Assembly: GCA_938010745.1 (NCBI GenBank)
Contig: CALLVF010000007.1
Coordinates: 1-27,061, forward strand
Length of the DNA stretch: 27,061 nucleotides
Reading direction: 5' to 3'
From: an uncultured Patescibacteria group bacterium
GTDB lineage: Bacteria > Patescibacteriota > Microgenomatia > UBA1406 > GWC2-37-13
The translations under genes and the position numbers were made by a program. This document shows, piece by piece, positions 24,770 to 27,061 of the stretch. Each line of letters begins with the position of its first letter. The stretch's first letter is position 1. Below the pieces are notes generated by a model. It was not told the origin of the DNA and ran no database searches. It saw nothing but the letters and a program-made list of their open reading frames with translations.

Positions 24770-26797
24770 ATGGAAAAAGAAAGAAATCCAGAAACACCAC
24801 AACAGAAAGTTGTTCGGTCTTTGGTTGTCTCATTAGCAAAACCTGATGAAATTTACAATGCCTTTCTACAGAGTAAAGATCACAATCCAACTGTTTTAAG
24901 ATTTTACATTGCTCAAAAAGGTAATGAAGGGAATAGAAGATACACTTTATTTAGCGGCAAAATTAATCCAGATGAAAATTTCTCAGAGGCAATCGAGCGG
25001 AAAATAGATGAGGAATTAGGAGTAAAATTTTTAGGCATTCCTTGGCAAACTATCATCGGTCAATGGCATTATTTATCACCTTCAGGAAAAAGGGAAGTTT
25101 TTTTAACTTATAATCCAATTTATCCACAAAATACAATTTCACTAGGTGACCCAAAAATTATCAGCGCAGAAGTTTTGGATTATGATAAGTTGCAAGAGTT
25201 AATTGAAAAAGGTCAACTAGGGGAAATACCGTTAGAAGGACACTTAGCTATGAATACTCAAGATGAAATTTTCATCTCACAAGAGGAAGCGATAAAAAGA
25301 AATCAGTCAATGATAAAACTTTTATCATGGATGAGCCATATTGAAGTTTATCTTCAAAAAAGATTTGAGCAAATAATCTTAAGAAATAATAATCCTATTT
25401 CTTTTAAGGAATTTAGAGGTGAATATGAAAAAATATTGGCCCAATTTATGACTAATGGAATAAAAGTGGCAATTAAAGAAAAAATTTCTAAAGAAAATGA
25501 AAAACGGGATTCCTTGATTGAAGCCTTAGATAGTGGCTATTTAGGAAAAGATATTCTTTATTTTTTGCCTGATATTGCCGAACATGGAATAGATTGGCCA
25601 GGATTAGAAAAAACAACTGAGGGAGTAAAAAAATTTATTGGTTTTTTAAAAGATGTTTTTGTTAATTTTTTACAAGAAAGAGGAGTAACTGAAGAAGAGT
25701 ATAGAAATCTTATGACAGATCCTCAAAAAACTTTAGAAGAAAAGCTAGCTTTAATTAATTCTCTCAATATTTTTTTTAGAGAAAAATTAAAAGAAATATT
25801 TAGTGTAAATGATAATCAATTAAATACGACTAATATCTTTATCCAAAATTTCCTTCGTGATCTTTCCAATGAAATGAAAGTAGCAGATCCCAATCTAACT
25901 GCCGGTCTATATCAAGACTTTACATTAACAAATGAAGTTGCCAACGCCAATTTTGGCTATTTATTAAGTCTATTTTTAGGTTATGATACCAAAATAAACA
26001 ATGAAGAAGCTGAGAGGCTAATTCGTTTTGAAGCTGGTCGGCAATTACTTTTGCTATTTAAAGCCATGGCTGGGATAAAATATTATCTAAATGAATTAGA
26101 TAATGTAAATAATGGAAAGTTACAAAATGCTGTTAATAATTTTTTTGGACCAATAGTTGGAGAAGAAATCGTTACTTTGGATAAACATACTAAAATGAGA
26201 ATAAGAATAAGGCAAAGAAACGGTAAAAAATTTATTGTTGATGAAAAACCAACTAAATCTTTTACCTCCTTTTTGCGAAAAAGCTTAGAAGAAGAATTCA
26301 ATAAAATCTGTGATTTTTACTCTTTAAGTATAGTCTTTTTGGACGGCATAAGTGGTCAAGAAGAAGTAGAATTATTTATAAATCAATTTAACGAATTTCT
26401 CAAAAACCAGTTTCCCGATTCAGAAACAGTAATAAAAGATATGCGCACCTACGCCAGTGAAGATTACTTTTCACAAAAAAATAAAGAACAAAAAATCTCT
26501 GGTAAAAGATCAGGATCTGAAAGCAGCAGAATGGTAAGAACCAAATTGCTTCTTTCATTAAAAACAGGAAATACTGAAGAATTATTGGAGTTAACTATCT
26601 ATCCGTTTTTTTCAATTAAAGATAACTTTTATTGGGGTTGGTTGGAAAAAATTGCAGATGACAGAAACTATCTCGTTAGACGACTTGTAGCTGGAAAAAA
26701 AGGCATTCCTTCCCTTTATGATTTGCTTTTTCCTCCTAAATTATATCCCGATCATTATCTTCATAAGTTAAACTCCGATTATCATAATCACTATTAA
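24770..26797 (+). CDS. Nudix-domain protein with helical middle and putative RelA/SpoT-like nucleotidyltransferase C-terminal domain
   Basis: Nudix box GKINPDENFSEAIERKIDEELG (24956-25021); C-terminal KSFTSFLRK...ICDFYSLSIV...LELTIY. ORF reality is high; the C-terminal assignment is tentative. Confidence 0.65.
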   Translation: MEKERNPETPQQKVVRSLVVSLAKPDEIYNAFLQSKDHNPTVLRFYIAQKGNEGNRRYTLFSGKINPDENFSEAIERKIDEELGVKFLGIPWQTIIGQWHYLSPSGKREVFLTYNPIYPQNTISLGDPKIISAEVLDYDKLQELIEKGQLGEIPLEGHLAMNTQDEIFISQEEAIKRNQSMIKLLSWMSHIEVYLQKRFEQIILRNNNPISFKEFRGEYEKILAQFMTNGIKVAIKEKISKENEKRDSLIEALDSGYLGKDILYFLPDIAEHGIDWPGLEKTTEGVKKFIGFLKDVFVNFLQERGVTEEEYRNLMTDPQKTLEEKLALINSLNIFFREKLKEIFSVNDNQLNTTNIFIQNFLRDLSNEMKVADPNLTAGLYQDFTLTNEVANANFGYLLSLFLGYDTKINNEEAERLIRFEAGRQLLLLFKAMAGIKYYLNELDNVNNGKLQNAVNNFFGPIVGEEIVTLDKHTKMRIRIRQRNGKKFIVDEKPTKSFTSFLRKSLEEEFNKICDFYSLSIVFLDGISGQEEVELFINQFNEFLKNQFPDSETVIKDMRTYASEDYFSQKNKEQKISGKRSGSESSRMVRTKLLLSLKTGNTEELLELTIYPFFSIKDNFYWGWLEKIADDRNYLVRRLVAGKKGIPSLYDLLFPPKLYPDHYLHKLNSDYHNHY

Positions 26798-27061
26798 AAA
26801 ATTCTTTTGACTTTAAAAATTTTAATAATTTTTCCGTTAATAAACTTTTTATATTAAAAAATAAAACCTTATAGACAAAATAGACAAAGACTAAAGTTAT
26901 CAAAATAACACTATATTTTGAGAGCTAAATTTGGCATTGATAACTTTTTAATTTTTCCTTAACTAAGCAATCTATAATAATAGTTTAAAGAAAAATGCAA
27001 GTATTTTAAAAATTAGTTTTCTAATAACAATTTAATTCTTCAAATTAAACATAATAATCAT

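Noticed and set aside
2443-26301. Small nested or antisense ORFs (2443, 2816, 4257, 6395, 12923, 18885, 21597, 26083)
   Set aside because: All lie wholly or mostly within well-supported genes, in another frame or strand, and have no motifs.

Overview
An AT-rich bacterial chromosomal segment. Gene content and intergenic style suggest Patescibacteria/CPR, probably Microgenomates (inference). It holds a surface-glycan cluster (GalT-like enzyme, three GT4, one GT2), a GH18 hydrolase and an LCP protein. Central carbon genes are eno, gpmA, rpe and tkt. There are three intact tRNAs (Trp-CCA, Arg-GCG, Ser-GCT). Three large stand-alone orphan enzymes lie in the tRNA-containing half of the window: a beta-CASP/RNase J-like nuclease with a ~315 aa unknown N-terminus, bracketed by an intact and a decayed tRNA-Arg copy; a CheR-like SAM methyltransferase with a long N-terminus; and a Nudix-box protein whose C-terminus resembles a RelA/SpoT-type nucleotidyltransferase, which is the best candidate for new biology. 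Genome erosion is visible: two tRNA pseudogenes, a shattered DUF2207-like gene and a frameshifted PRTase. Intergenic spaces carry a dispersed family of 7-nt-periodic imperfect palindromes, two of which bracket a small ORF like a cassette. No integrase, transposase, CRISPR array or rRNA was found. All family assignments come from motif recognition by eye, not from database searches.
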